A stretch of 64,000 bases of DNA from Candidatus Woesebacteria bacterium (GTDB lineage: Bacteria > Patescibacteriota > Microgenomatia > UBA12405), in assembly GCA_035402805.1 (NCBI GenBank), contig DAONDY010000002.1, positions 149,963 to 213,962 on the forward strand, read 5' to 3'. The translations under genes and the position numbers were made by a program. Numbering within the stretch: position 1 is the stretch's first letter; each line of letters begins with the position of its first letter. A model generated the notes under the pieces. It saw nothing but the letters and a program-made list of their open reading frames with translations, made no database searches and had not been told where the DNA came from. This document shows positions 9,401 to 19,300 of this stretch, piece by piece.

Positions 9401-9655
9401 TTATGATTCGTTTAATTTTTTTATTAATTCATCTTCCCAGACGCCGTTTTTTGAGTCTGCGATTATTATATACTCGGGATCTTCGGGCATACAAGGAAAA
9501 TATCCTTCTAGAGGAATGAAATCTCCAGATGAATGTTCAGCTATAAAAGTAGCTGCATGTTCGCGGGTTAAATGGTAAGAAAATTTTCTTGGTACATTGA
9601 TAGGAGATTTAGGTTTGGCTGATTCCCACAAAACACCAGTAATAAAGGTTTTCAT
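9401..9655 (-). CDS. Hypothetical small protein (84 aa), lone minus-strand gene among plus-strand genes
   Basis: ORF track only. Confidence 0.3.
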   Translation of the reverse strand: MKTFITGVLWESAKPKSPINVPRKFSYHLTREHAATFIAEHSSGDFIPLEGYFPCMPEDPEYIIIADSKNGVWEDELIKKLNES

Positions 9656-9793
9656 AGAATTTGATTCCTTTCTTGATTTAGATTTTTTATATAAAAGTGC
9701 GAAAGCACCAAAATTTTTTCAAAGCTTGAATTGAAAATTTGGGTTTGGGTCTATTTTATCACTAGAATAAATAAAATGTATTATAATTAGGTT

Positions 9794-10039
9794 ATGAAAA
9801 TAAAAAATAAAAAAACAGAATGCTGTGAAAAGATAGATTCTAAAAAATGTGATTGTGGTTGTAATTGTGGTAAAACTGGTTGGTCTAATAGCGCTATTTA
9901 TGGATTGAGTGTAGTTGGAGCTTTGTTTTATTTTTTGCAAAATGCACCAAATTTTGGAGCAGTAATGATTGGCATTGGAAAATCGATTTTTTGGCCAGCT
10001 TTCTTGATGTTTAAATTGCTGACTTATTTGGGAATGTAA
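9794..10039 (+). CDS. Small Cys-rich membrane protein (81 aa): N-terminal CC..C.C.C.C metal-binding-like cluster followed by two hydrophobic helices
   Basis: ORF track. [22 protein letters not shown] then [14 protein letters not shown]... and [15 protein letters not shown]. Confidence 0.4.
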   Translation: MKIKNKKTECCEKIDSKKCDCGCNCGKTGWSNSAIYGLSVVGALFYFLQNAPNFGAVMIGIGKSIFWPAFLMFKLLTYLGM

Positions 10040-10041
10040 TT

Positions 10042-11334
10042 TTGATAAAATGTCTCATGACTAAAATTTTAGACGATAGTAAAATAAAAAGTTTTATTAA
10101 AGATGAAGAAGTTTTGGAATGGCAAGAAAAAGTAAAAGAGGCGCATAAGAAAATTCATGAGAAAAGCGGAGAAGGAAGTGATTTTTTAGGATGGGTAGAT
10201 TTGCCGATTAATTATGACAAAGAAGAATTCTCAAGAATAAAATTGGCGGCAGAAAAAATTAGAAATGATTCAGATATCTTAATAGTAATTGGAATTGGGG
10301 GATCATATTTAGGATCTAAAGCAGTTATTGAGGCATTAAAAGGTGATTCAAAAATGGAAATTTATTTTGCTGGAAATGATTTAAGTTCTCGACATATAAG
10401 TGATTTACTTCAAAAAATTGAAGGTAAAAATGTTTCTTTAAATGTAATTTCAAAATCAGGAACGACTACTGAACCAGCTTTGGCTTTTAGAATTTTAAGG
10501 GAGTGGATGGAAGTGAAATATGGTGAGGAAGCCAATAAAAGAATTTATGCCACGACTGATAGAGAAAGAGGGGTTTTAAAAGAATTATCAATCAAAAAAG
10601 ACTATGAAACTTTTGTGGTTCCAGATGATATTGGAGGGAGATATTCAGTTTTAACAGCAGTAGGTTTATTACCAATTGCAGTGGCGGGAATTAATATTGA
10701 TGATTTAATGTGCGGTGCCCAAGCAGCGAGACAAAATTTTAATAATGAAGATTTATTGGAAAATGATTGCTATAAATATGCAGTTTATCGAAATATTTTA
10801 TATAAACAGGGAAGAGAAATTGAAATTTTGGCAAATTATGAACCATGTTTACACTTTATAAGTGAATGGTGGAAACAGCTATTTGGGGAAAGCGAAGGTA
10901 AAGATAAAAAAGGAATTTTTCCAGCAGCGGTAGATTTTACGACTGATTTACACTCGATGGGACAATTTATTCAAGATGGAAATCGAATTTTATTTGAAAC
11001 AGTTTTATCAATAGAAGAAGATGAAGAAAAATTAGTAATAAAAGAAGAAGAACAAAATTCAGATGGTTTAAATTTTTTGGTAGGCAAAACTCTTGATGAA
11101 GTAAATAAGAAGGCAATGGAAGGAACGATTTTAGCCCATACTGAGGGTGGAGTATTAAATCTAATTATTAGATTACCTAAATTAGATGCTTTTAATTTAG
11201 GATATTTGCTTTATTTTTGGGAAAAAGCTTGTGCTATGAGTGGATATTTATTGGGAGTAAATCCATTTAATCAACCGGGAGTGGAAGTGTATAAGAAAAA
11301 TATGTTTAAGCTACTTGGTAAACCAGGATTTTAA
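10042..11334 (+). CDS. pgi: Glucose-6-phosphate isomerase (SIS-domain, short 430-aa type)
   Basis: Motifs [47 protein letters not shown] characteristic of PGI. Confidence 0.85.
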   Translation: MIKCLMTKILDDSKIKSFIKDEEVLEWQEKVKEAHKKIHEKSGEGSDFLGWVDLPINYDKEEFSRIKLAAEKIRNDSDILIVIGIGGSYLGSKAVIEALKGDSKMEIYFAGNDLSSRHISDLLQKIEGKNVSLNVISKSGTTTEPALAFRILREWMEVKYGEEANKRIYATTDRERGVLKELSIKKDYETFVVPDDIGGRYSVLTAVGLLPIAVAGINIDDLMCGAQAARQNFNNEDLLENDCYKYAVYRNILYKQGREIEILANYEPCLHFISEWWKQLFGESEGKDKKGIFPAAVDFTTDLHSMGQFIQDGNRILFETVLSIEEDEEKLVIKEEEQNSDGLNFLVGKTLDEVNKKAMEGTILAHTEGGVLNLIIRLPKLDAFNLGYLLYFWEKACAMSGYLLGVNPFNQPGVEVYKKNMFKLLGKPGF

Positions 11335-12171
11335 TTTAAACTTTTTGATTCCAAAAATAATCAAGGTGACTAATAAGATAAATAAAAGAGGTGAAATAGG
11401 TAAAACATAGAAGGAAGTGTTATATGGTTGAGAATTCAGATCGGAATTTAAAATGACAGAGACTTTGTAGTGGCCCGGCCAAAGAGGGGGATTGATAGAA
11501 CAGGAACTTTCATTTAAACAACTAATATTGCGACTGTGGTGGTTTAAAACATTATCTGGACTTAGCTCAAATTCTTTAATAACTTTATCGTTTTTAGTGA
11601 TGGTAATTTTGCCATTAGTTTTGAAAAAGAAATCGGAATTATTTTTTATTTGGCCATTAAAAGTGATGGGGTTAAAAAAGATGTCTTTTATTTTTGGAGA
11701 AATGGAAAAATTTTGAATAGCTGATTCAACTTTGGGGTTTTCGATATTGGAAACTGTCAACAAAAGATGGGAACCAATTTTGCCGGTGGCGGCAGTAAAA
11801 TTATCATTTGATTGAATAGTATTTTGATTTTGAAAAATAAAAAAAGTGTAATAATTGTCGGCTAGACTAATATTAGAATTGGTTTTTATTTTTAAAACTA
11901 GTTGTTGTTTGGAGTTGGCAGCTAAAACAAAAGGTTGACCGAGTTTAATATCAGAGTTGGCAAGGGAAAATTCAATATTAGGATTACTGATGGCTTGATT
12001 ATAATTAACCGAGCCGTCGGTGCCACTAGGAATCCAAGGTAAAATTTCAGTGTTAAGAATAATTTCAGAATCGGAATTATTGGTGACGTCGTAGGCTTGG
12101 ACAAGATTAACGCCGGGTTTTAAAACGTATTCTGATTGAGCTGGTGATAAAGATAAATTAAATGTTGTCAT
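11311..12171 (-). CDS. Hypothetical surface protein with C-terminal TM anchor (286 aa); 3' end overlaps pgi by 24 nt (convergent)
   Basis: ORF track. C-terminal [20 protein letters not shown] hydrophobic anchor. Confidence 0.4.
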   Translation of the reverse strand: MTTFNLSLSPAQSEYVLKPGVNLVQAYDVTNNSDSEIILNTEILPWIPSGTDGSVNYNQAISNPNIEFSLANSDIKLGQPFVLAANSKQQLVLKIKTNSNISLADNYYTFFIFQNQNTIQSNDNFTAATGKIGSHLLLTVSNIENPKVESAIQNFSISPKIKDIFFNPITFNGQIKNNSDFFFKTNGKITITKNDKVIKEFELSPDNVLNHHSRNISCLNESSCSINPPLWPGHYKVSVILNSDLNSQPYNTSFYVLPISPLLFILLVTLIIFGIKKFKLKSWFTK

Positions 12172-12182
12172 AAATCTTATTA

Positions 12183-12265
12183 AAAACTCTCGTTACAAAT
12201 TTTTTATAATCGGCGAATGTGCGTCGCACGTTCGATATTACAAAAAATTGCAACTTCGACTTTTT
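12183..12265 (+). repeat. Intergenic repeat family A, copy A1 (~85 bp; outer arms gttacaaattttttat / acaaaaaattgcaac, inner hairpin gaatgtgcg-tc-gcacgttcg)
   Basis: 80-90% identity by eye to copies at 37241-37330 and 58988-59075. Lies between two minus-strand genes. Confidence 0.7.
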
Positions 12266-12284
12266 AATTATTTTATAAATCATA

Positions 12285-13034
12285 TTAATATTTAGGGACC
12301 ATAATAAAATTTATAGAATTTTGATAAGTGCCAGCACTTTGATTTGGAGAAATATTAACTTTATAAGTAATATTGGCAAGGTGATCTTCAACTGGGGTAT
12401 TTTCAGACATAATTATTTTGGCAGTTTCGCCAGCCGAATTATCAGCAAATTGACGGAAATAAGTAGAATTAGTAAAAAAAGTGGAAGTACCGTCACCAGA
12501 AGCATTAAAACCAAAACCATAGGTATTACTACTGGTCCAAACATCGGATGTTGATTCCGAACAGGTACTAGAATCACATTTAGTATCGGAAATAGTAATG
12601 CCACCGCCAATAGTTTTTAGAGGGTGATTAGCAAAGGTAAGAATATCGTAACCATGAGCAGTAGGGGTGCTAACAGTTAATGTGTTGGTAACAGTAGAAC
12701 CAATATTAGGAATCAAATTGCCAAAATTTAGATCAAGATTACTAATTTGAAAAGATAAAGGAATAGCATTGTCGTAAATATATTGAAAACCAGCTTTGAC
12801 AATATAACCAGCGCCATCGTATTGACCAGGGGCATTTTGACCGACAGAGTCGGTTAAAGTATAAGTGCTAGAAGTTTTTTTACCACCAGTCATATTAAAA
12901 TTGCCAAATTCAATATGAAAATTATTGGAATCAAAGGTTTGACTAAGACAGATTTCAGATCTCAGATGACAGATTTCAGATAAGAATAAAAAGGCAATAA
13001 AAAAGATTTTAAGTTTCATCAGATTCTTGATCAA
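12285..13034 (-). CDS. Secreted hypothetical protein with signal peptide (249 aa)
   Basis: ORF track. N-terminal MIKNLMKLKIFFIAFLFLSEI signal-like region. Confidence 0.45.
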   Translation of the reverse strand: MIKNLMKLKIFFIAFLFLSEICHLRSEICLSQTFDSNNFHIEFGNFNMTGGKKTSSTYTLTDSVGQNAPGQYDGAGYIVKAGFQYIYDNAIPLSFQISNLDLNFGNLIPNIGSTVTNTLTVSTPTAHGYDILTFANHPLKTIGGGITISDTKCDSSTCSESTSDVWTSSNTYGFGFNASGDGTSTFFTNSTYFRQFADNSAGETAKIIMSENTPVEDHLANITYKVNISPNQSAGTYQNSINFIMVPKY

Positions 13035-13719
13035 TTTGGGTAATTAATTGTTCAGAAGAATTTAGAAGGGATTTGGCTGATGATTTAATTTTATTAATTT
13101 TTTCTTTTTGGGTTGCCGATAAAGGGGTAGATACAATTTCGGAACTGGTGTCGATAATTTGACAGAGACCAGTTTTAAGTTTAAGTGAATGCCAAAGCAG
13201 AACATCAGTTTCATCGGCGGCAATAATTTTATCATCTTTAATTTTGGCTAAGAATTGGCGACCAATAAACCAAGCTAAGGGGGTGATTAATAAAAGAGAA
13301 GAAAGAGAAATGACAGAAACGAAAGAATTGAGTGATTGTGATAGGATTAGAACTAGAAAAAGAGAATAGGAAAGAGTAGTGGTGGCCGGGTTTTGAAAAG
13401 CAATAAAAAATAAAAGGAAGTAAATAAGAAAGAAAAAGGGTGAATTAAGACTGCCAGTGGCAAAAACAATGATATTAATTAAAAAGGCGGTTAAATGGAT
13501 AGAAAAAGTCTTTTTGGTAAAATATAAAATTAAAATGGCAATAGAAATGATAGCGATTAATTGGGGAGTAAAATAAGTCAAACTAGAGATAGAAAAAAGG
13601 AAAGATAAAAGAGAAACTATAAAGAATAAAATTATACTAATAATCTGAGGCATTAATATAGTATTGACCATTTGAGGTTGACTATCAAGTTTTTGGTTAA
13701 AAATGATAATATTTATCAA
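13009..13719 (-). CDS. Polytopic membrane protein (about 5 TM) with soluble C-terminal domain, function unknown
   Basis: ORF track. Repeated hydrophobic segments. Confidence 0.4.
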   Translation of the reverse strand: MINIIIFNQKLDSQPQMVNTILMPQIISIILFFIVSLLSFLFSISSLTYFTPQLIAIISIAILILYFTKKTFSIHLTAFLINIIVFATGSLNSPFFFLIYFLLFFIAFQNPATTTLSYSLFLVLILSQSLNSFVSVISLSSLLLITPLAWFIGRQFLAKIKDDKIIAADETDVLLWHSLKLKTGLCQIIDTSSEIVSTPLSATQKEKINKIKSSAKSLLNSSEQLITQIDQESDET

Positions 13720-14330
13720 TGAGATTGTTGGAAAAAATACAAAAACTAAAAATAGTTGACGGATTATTAGTGATAGGTTTTTTGCTGGTAATTTTAGGTA
13801 TTGGAATGAATTTTAAAGATCAGTTTATGACGAAAGAAGAAGTAAAAATAGAGACAAAAAATATTAGTCCAACAGGTAAAAGTGATATACAAGTTGATAT
13901 TGAAGTAGTTATTGATATATCAGGAGAAGTGATGAAAGCTGGTGTTTATAAACTAAAAAATGGATCAAGAATTGATGATGTATTAATAATGGCCGGGGGA
14001 CTAAGCTTAAAGGCAGATAGGAATTGGGTGGATAAAAATTTAAATCGAGCGGAAAAAGTTTACGACGGACAAAAGATTTATATACCTAAAGTTGGGGAAA
14101 ATGTTGTTATTAATAGCACCCCGCTGGTGCGGGATGCTATTGTAGTCAGACTTAATTCGGCGAGTTTGGAGGAGTTGGATAAGTTGGATGGAGTGGGTCC
14201 GGCGATTGCTCAAAGAATTATTGATTATCGAACTGAAAATGGGGGATTTAAAAGTGTGGAAGAAATTAAATTAGTGCCAGGGATAGGAGATAAGATGTTT
14301 GAAAAGATAAAAAATGAAATTCAATTATAA
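13719..14330 (+). CDS. comEA: ComEA-type DNA receptor: N-terminal TM, SLBB-like domain, C-terminal tandem helix-hairpin-helix
   Basis: C-terminal LDKLDGVGPAIAQRIIDYRTENGGFKSVEEIKLVPGIGDKMFEKIKN (HhH). N-terminal membrane helix. Confidence 0.8.
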   Translation: MRLLEKIQKLKIVDGLLVIGFLLVILGIGMNFKDQFMTKEEVKIETKNISPTGKSDIQVDIEVVIDISGEVMKAGVYKLKNGSRIDDVLIMAGGLSLKADRNWVDKNLNRAEKVYDGQKIYIPKVGENVVINSTPLVRDAIVVRLNSASLEELDKLDGVGPAIAQRIIDYRTENGGFKSVEEIKLVPGIGDKMFEKIKNEIQL

Positions 14331-15228
14331 ATATTTAATTTGGTTGGGAATATTTTTAGTAGTTATTTTTATATACAAGTTTATAAATAAGGATAGTTTT
14401 ATTGAGGTTATTTTTCAAAATTTGCCGCCGAGGGAAGCGAGCTTAATGGCGGGGATGGTCTTTGGAGATAAAAATAATTTTGACAAAAATACTATCTTAA
14501 ATTTTCAATTTAGTGGGGTAATTCATATTATGGTGGTTTCGGGAACGAATATTGTTTTAGTGTTTAGAGGTTTAGTAGAAAGAATTGCAAGCTGGATTGG
14601 TAGGAAAAGAGCAATTATATTGGGATTTGGAGTGACTTTGGTTTATATAAATTGGGTAGGTTGGGAAATACCGGCGGTCAGAGCTTTTTTACTGATGAGT
14701 ATTTTTTATTGGGCACAATTGCTTGGTCGCAAATTTAACCTATTTAGAGCCATAATGTTGATTATTTTAATAATGGTTTTGGCCGATTATCGGGTATTTT
14801 TGAGTGGCAGTTTTTATTTAAGTTTTGTGGCATTTGGGGCAGTAGTAATTAATTTAAACAAGTCGCGAAAATGGTGGAGTGATTTATGGAATTCATTCTG
14901 GGTAAATTTATGGCTTTTACCAATTTTGGCTTTGTTTTTTGGAAAAATAAGCATAGTGGCACCGATTACTAATGCTTTAATTTTATTTTTAGTCGAAATA
15001 ATTACTATTTTAGGGGTGATAGGAAGTTTTTTTGGTTTATTGGTGCCTATTTTGGGTAAAATCGTATTATGGATAAGTTATCCGTTATTGAAATATATAC
15101 TATTAATAGTAGATTGGTTGGCGAGTTTTAAATGGTCGAGTATAGAGATTAAATTTAATTGGTTGTTTCTAATTGGTTGGTATTCATTATTAATAGCTTG
15201 GTGGTTGAAGAAAAAAAATGAAACATAG
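14314..15228 (+). CDS. comEC: ComEC/Rec2 competence-domain membrane channel protein (304 aa), lacking the N-terminal OB domain and with the beta-lactamase-like domain encoded separately
   Basis: Competence-domain motif SLMAGMVFGDK...SGVIHIMVVSGTNIVLV and multiple TM helices. Confidence 0.75.
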   Translation: MKFNYKYLIWLGIFLVVIFIYKFINKDSFIEVIFQNLPPREASLMAGMVFGDKNNFDKNTILNFQFSGVIHIMVVSGTNIVLVFRGLVERIASWIGRKRAIILGFGVTLVYINWVGWEIPAVRAFLLMSIFYWAQLLGRKFNLFRAIMLIILIMVLADYRVFLSGSFYLSFVAFGAVVINLNKSRKWWSDLWNSFWVNLWLLPILALFFGKISIVAPITNALILFLVEIITILGVIGSFFGLLVPILGKIVLWISYPLLKYILLIVDWLASFKWSSIEIKFNWLFLIGWYSLLIAWWLKKKNET

Positions 15229-15976
15229 AATTATTTTGTTTTTGTCATTAATAATGTTGGTGGTGTTGTTTTGGATAACTTTACCATCAAAAAAAGTGAA
15301 AGTAATTTTTTGTGATGTGGGCCAAGGGGATGCGACTTTGATAACTTATAAAAATTGGCAAATGTTAATTGATACTGGTCCAAATAATAAAAAAGTGTTG
15401 AATTGTTTAGAAAATAATTTACCATTTTGGGATAAAAAAATTGAGATGTTAATGATTACTCATGGAGATAATGATCATGATGGTGGTTTAACAGATATGT
15501 CGAAATATTATAAAGTTGAACAAGTTATTTACTCTAAAAATGTGAATCAATTTGATTTAATTAGAACTGATTGGATGACATTTGAGGTGGTCAATTCTGG
15601 GTTGAAAGATGATAATGAAAATTCAATAGCCGGTGTTTTAAGTTATGAAAAAACTAAAATTTTTTTTAGTGGAGACATAACGGCTGACACTGAAAAGAGA
15701 TTGGTATGGCAAAAAATATTAACCGATAAGGTTGATGTTTTAAAAGTCAGTCATCATGGTTCGAAAGATGGGACTAGTGAAGAATTATTAGAAGTATTAA
15801 AACCAAAATTGGCAATAATAAGTGTGGGAGTAAAAAATAAATTTGGGCATCCAACCAAAGAAGTATTAGATCGTCTAAAAGAAAAAGGAATAGAGATTAG
15901 AAGAACAGATGAGAATGGAGAAGTGCATGTAATAGATGTATTAGAAGAAATAGATAAAAAAGAAGTAATAGATTAA
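15218..15976 (+). CDS. Metallo-beta-lactamase-fold protein corresponding to the ComEC C-terminal domain (separate ORF, 11-nt overlap with comEC)
   Basis: VIFCDVGQGDATLI, HGDNDHDGG (HxHxDH zinc motif), SHHGS motifs. Confidence 0.75.
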   Translation: MKHRIILFLSLIMLVVLFWITLPSKKVKVIFCDVGQGDATLITYKNWQMLIDTGPNNKKVLNCLENNLPFWDKKIEMLMITHGDNDHDGGLTDMSKYYKVEQVIYSKNVNQFDLIRTDWMTFEVVNSGLKDDNENSIAGVLSYEKTKIFFSGDITADTEKRLVWQKILTDKVDVLKVSHHGSKDGTSEELLEVLKPKLAIISVGVKNKFGHPTKEVLDRLKEKGIEIRRTDENGEVHVIDVLEEIDKKEVID

Positions 15977-16020
15977 ATAGATTATTTAGATTAAATAGAT
16001 TATTTAGATTAAATAGATTT
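15971..16020. repeat. Short imperfect tandem repeat, 9-bp unit (a/t)(a/t)tagatta x5 (18-mer gattaaatagattattta x2.8) overlapping the stop codon of the MBL-domain gene
   Basis: Seen in sequence. Confidence 0.6.
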
Positions 16021-16060
16021 ACCACTTGATATGGATGTAATAGATGGGTTAGACTGAATC

Positions 16061-16363
16061 GTGGATAAGTGGTTTTATAAATTACACAGGATGAGTCTTA
16101 ACCAGCTTAAAGCGCTGGAGGTTTTGGCGTCTAGCACGGATGGAATAATTGAAGCTAATGAATCAGTAAAAGAAGTTGGTTTGGAAGGGAAGCATTTAGG
16201 AGGGATATTTTCATCTTTGTCTAGACAAAAAATAGGGAATGAAGGCCTAATTTTGGCTTGGGGAAGGGCAGAAAATGGTCGAGGTTTAAGATGGAAATTG
16301 AATACAAAATTAGTCGATCAAAAAGAGTTAAAAAAAGCAATAAAGGAGATTTTAGACCTATGA
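16061..16363 (+). CDS. Hypothetical 100-aa protein whose stop overlaps the start of the giant surface protein gene (ATGA)
   Basis: ORF track. ctATGAactgg junction at 16361-16364. Confidence 0.4.
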   Translation: MDKWFYKLHRMSLNQLKALEVLASSTDGIIEANESVKEVGLEGKHLGGIFSSLSRQKIGNEGLILAWGRAENGRGLRWKLNTKLVDQKELKKAIKEILDL

Positions 16364-19300
16364 ACTGGAAGAAAATCTTTTTATTAGCTTTGATCTTTTT
16401 TATTAGTAGTTTAGTTTCAGCCAGAGTCTTTTATGGCCGATTTAAAATAATTTTTGCAGCTCAAACAACAATAACATCAAGGTTAGATTTTGATGCAGGT
16501 ACTTTTGAAGGAACTGAAAGTCAAAGTAAGGAGGGAGATTTAAAATTAAAAGCCAGTGGAAATTGGAATCCGAGAGTATTTAAAACACCAAAAGTGACAC
16601 TAACTAATCAATCAGCTATTGCCAGTGATGGAACGGATGTTTATTTATTAGCAGGTCAAGATAGATATTTTACTAAATATATTTCCAGTGAAGATAGATG
16701 GGTAACTTTAGAGAATGCACCACATTTAGCTTATAACGGGGCAGATTTGGTCGTGTTAGGAGATTATGTTTATGCAATATATGGAAGTAATACTAAAAAT
16801 TTCAGTCGTTATTCAATAATGACTAATACATGGGAAGAGAGAGAAGATATGCCAGATTTAGTGGCAAATGGATCAACTATTGAAACTGATGGAACTTATA
16901 TTTATGCTTTAAGGGGGAATTCAACTTCTGATTTTTGGAAATATAATCCAACTACTGACAAGTGGTCTGATTTAAATACACCACCAGCAGCAATTGGCTC
17001 TGGAGCTAGTTTAGTCTATAAAGATGGTTACTTATATACACCGAGAGGAGCTTCTAACACAACTTTTTATCGATATAACATTAGTAATGGGATATGGTAC
17101 ACAATGCAAAATATCCCGGCGACTGTAGGAAGTAATCATAAATCTACAGTTTTAGGTGATTATATTTATGTAAATAGAGATACTAACACAAATAGTTTTT
17201 ATCGTTTTAATGTGGGGACTACAGCTTGGCAGACAATTGCCAATATTCCACAATTGACTCAATATGTAGGATCAGTGGCAGTGGGAGATACTGCGACTGG
17301 TTTTGTTTATGTGTTTAGAGGCAATGGTTATTATGACTTTTGGAAATATAATCCGAGAGATAATACTTTCTTGGGATTAACAGATTTACCTAATACCCCA
17401 AATACTGGCGCTGATTTACTTTATATGGATAATTACGTTTATTTTAGGAGGGGAAATAGCTCAAATTCTTTTTATAGATACAACACAGCAGTTGGTGGTA
17501 CTTGGGCAACAATGGCAAATGCTCCGGCAACTTTTGCTGATGATAATAGGGGAGTTAAAGCAGGAAATTATCTATATTATTTCAGAGGAAGTGGTGGAGC
17601 TAATACTTTTTATAGATATGATCCTAGTGTTGGAGTTGGTGGTACTTGGGCAACTATGTTGAGTACTCCGACAGCTTTGACGATTGGAGCTGGAGGAGCT
17701 TTGGCTTATCCAGGATCAGGGAATTATATTTATGCGACAAGAGGTGGAAATAATAGAACTTTTATGAGGTATACGATTGGAGTAGGAGAAACTTGGGATG
17801 ATGCAGTAGTAGCAGATTTACCTGATAATGCTGAACAGGGTTATGGATCAAGAATGACAAGTGATGGGACTAATATTTACTATATTTCAGGGAATGGAAT
17901 GGCTAATTTATATAAATATACAATAGCTGATAACATCTGGACAAGGTTGGGAACTTTACCTTTTTCACCTTATTACGGAACAGATATTAGTTATTATAAT
18001 AATAAAATTTATGTATTAGCAGGTAACTTAAAATCGGATTTTTGGGAATATTCTATTGATGATGAAAGTTGGAGATTATTACCACCAATACAAAGTTATG
18101 GGTTAACAGAGATCGGAGTTTGGAATGGTGGTTCGATTGTGGGTGATGGAAGTGGAACTTTTTATATTGAAGCGGGCAATAATAATACTAGATTTTTTAG
18201 TTATAGTGTAGGGAGTAGCAATTATCCAAGTAATGGAATATGGACAAGCGCTACAATTGATTTAAATTATGTAAAAAGTTGGTCGCCAATAGGGATAGAA
18301 TCGAGTACTTTGCCAGGGACATCTATAAATTGGGAGACAAGAACTAGTAATGATCGAATAAACTGGGAAATTTGGAAAGCAGGAGTAGGAACTAGTATAA
18401 CTTCAACTCCAAACAGATATATTCAATTGAGAATAACCTTAAATTCTGACGGGAGCCAAACTCCAACATTAAATTCGGTAGTAATAAATTATGTTGGTGA
18501 TTTAGAAAACCCAACTAATCCAAATAATATAATAGGCTTATCTCAACAGGTGTCAGGAATAGGATTGTCTAGTGGTGGTACTTATAATTATTTAGCACCT
18601 TATTTTAATTGGAGTGGAAGTACTGATGTAGATACTGGAGTGGCTGGTTATTATGTTTACTTTGGAATTGATTCAACCGCGGTTCCCGATATTAACGGGT
18701 CTTTTAGAACTAGTGCTGATTATTTAGTTAGTGATCCAATGGATCAAACAACTTATTATTTGAGATTAAAAACAGTGGATGAAGCCGGTAATAAAAGTGA
18801 AGCAATGACAGCTTTTATTTATACTTATAATGGAGTGTCTCCACCAACAATATTAAGTAAAAGTTTGACAACAGATTTTGAATTGGGGACAACTGATAGT
18901 GTAAATATTAGTGATAATCAGATTAAATTGGCATCGAAAGCTGGTTTTTGGCAACAAAATAGACTAGGACCATTGTCGGGAACTATTAGTTATGGATCGG
19001 GTTTTGCTTATTCAGCAACTAGGAACAAATTATATATCTTAAGAGGGACAAACAGTAATTCTTTTTATCAATATGACTTGACAACTAATATTGGATCAAC
19101 TTTGGCTAATGCACCAGGAACTGTATATTATGGAAGTGATTTAGTTGAAGGTCCAAGTGGTTATTTATATGCCTTGAGAGGTAATAATACTAATGGTTTT
19201 TGGAGATATGATTTGGCAGCTGGGACTTGGTCTGATGTATTGGCGGCAGATACTCCACAACCAGTTTATTATGGAGGATCTTTAGTTTTTGATGGAGATA

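Noticed and set aside
15971-16020. Possible CRISPR-like repeat array
   Set aside because: Only a 9/18-bp AT-rich tandem repeat with no spacers. No CRISPR repeats or cas genes anywhere in the window.
16258-16361. 5' extension of the giant ORF (MGKGRKWSRFK…)
   Set aside because: Overlaps the 100-aa gene in another frame and lacks a signal peptide. ATG at 16362 gives a canonical signal peptide and ATGA coupling.
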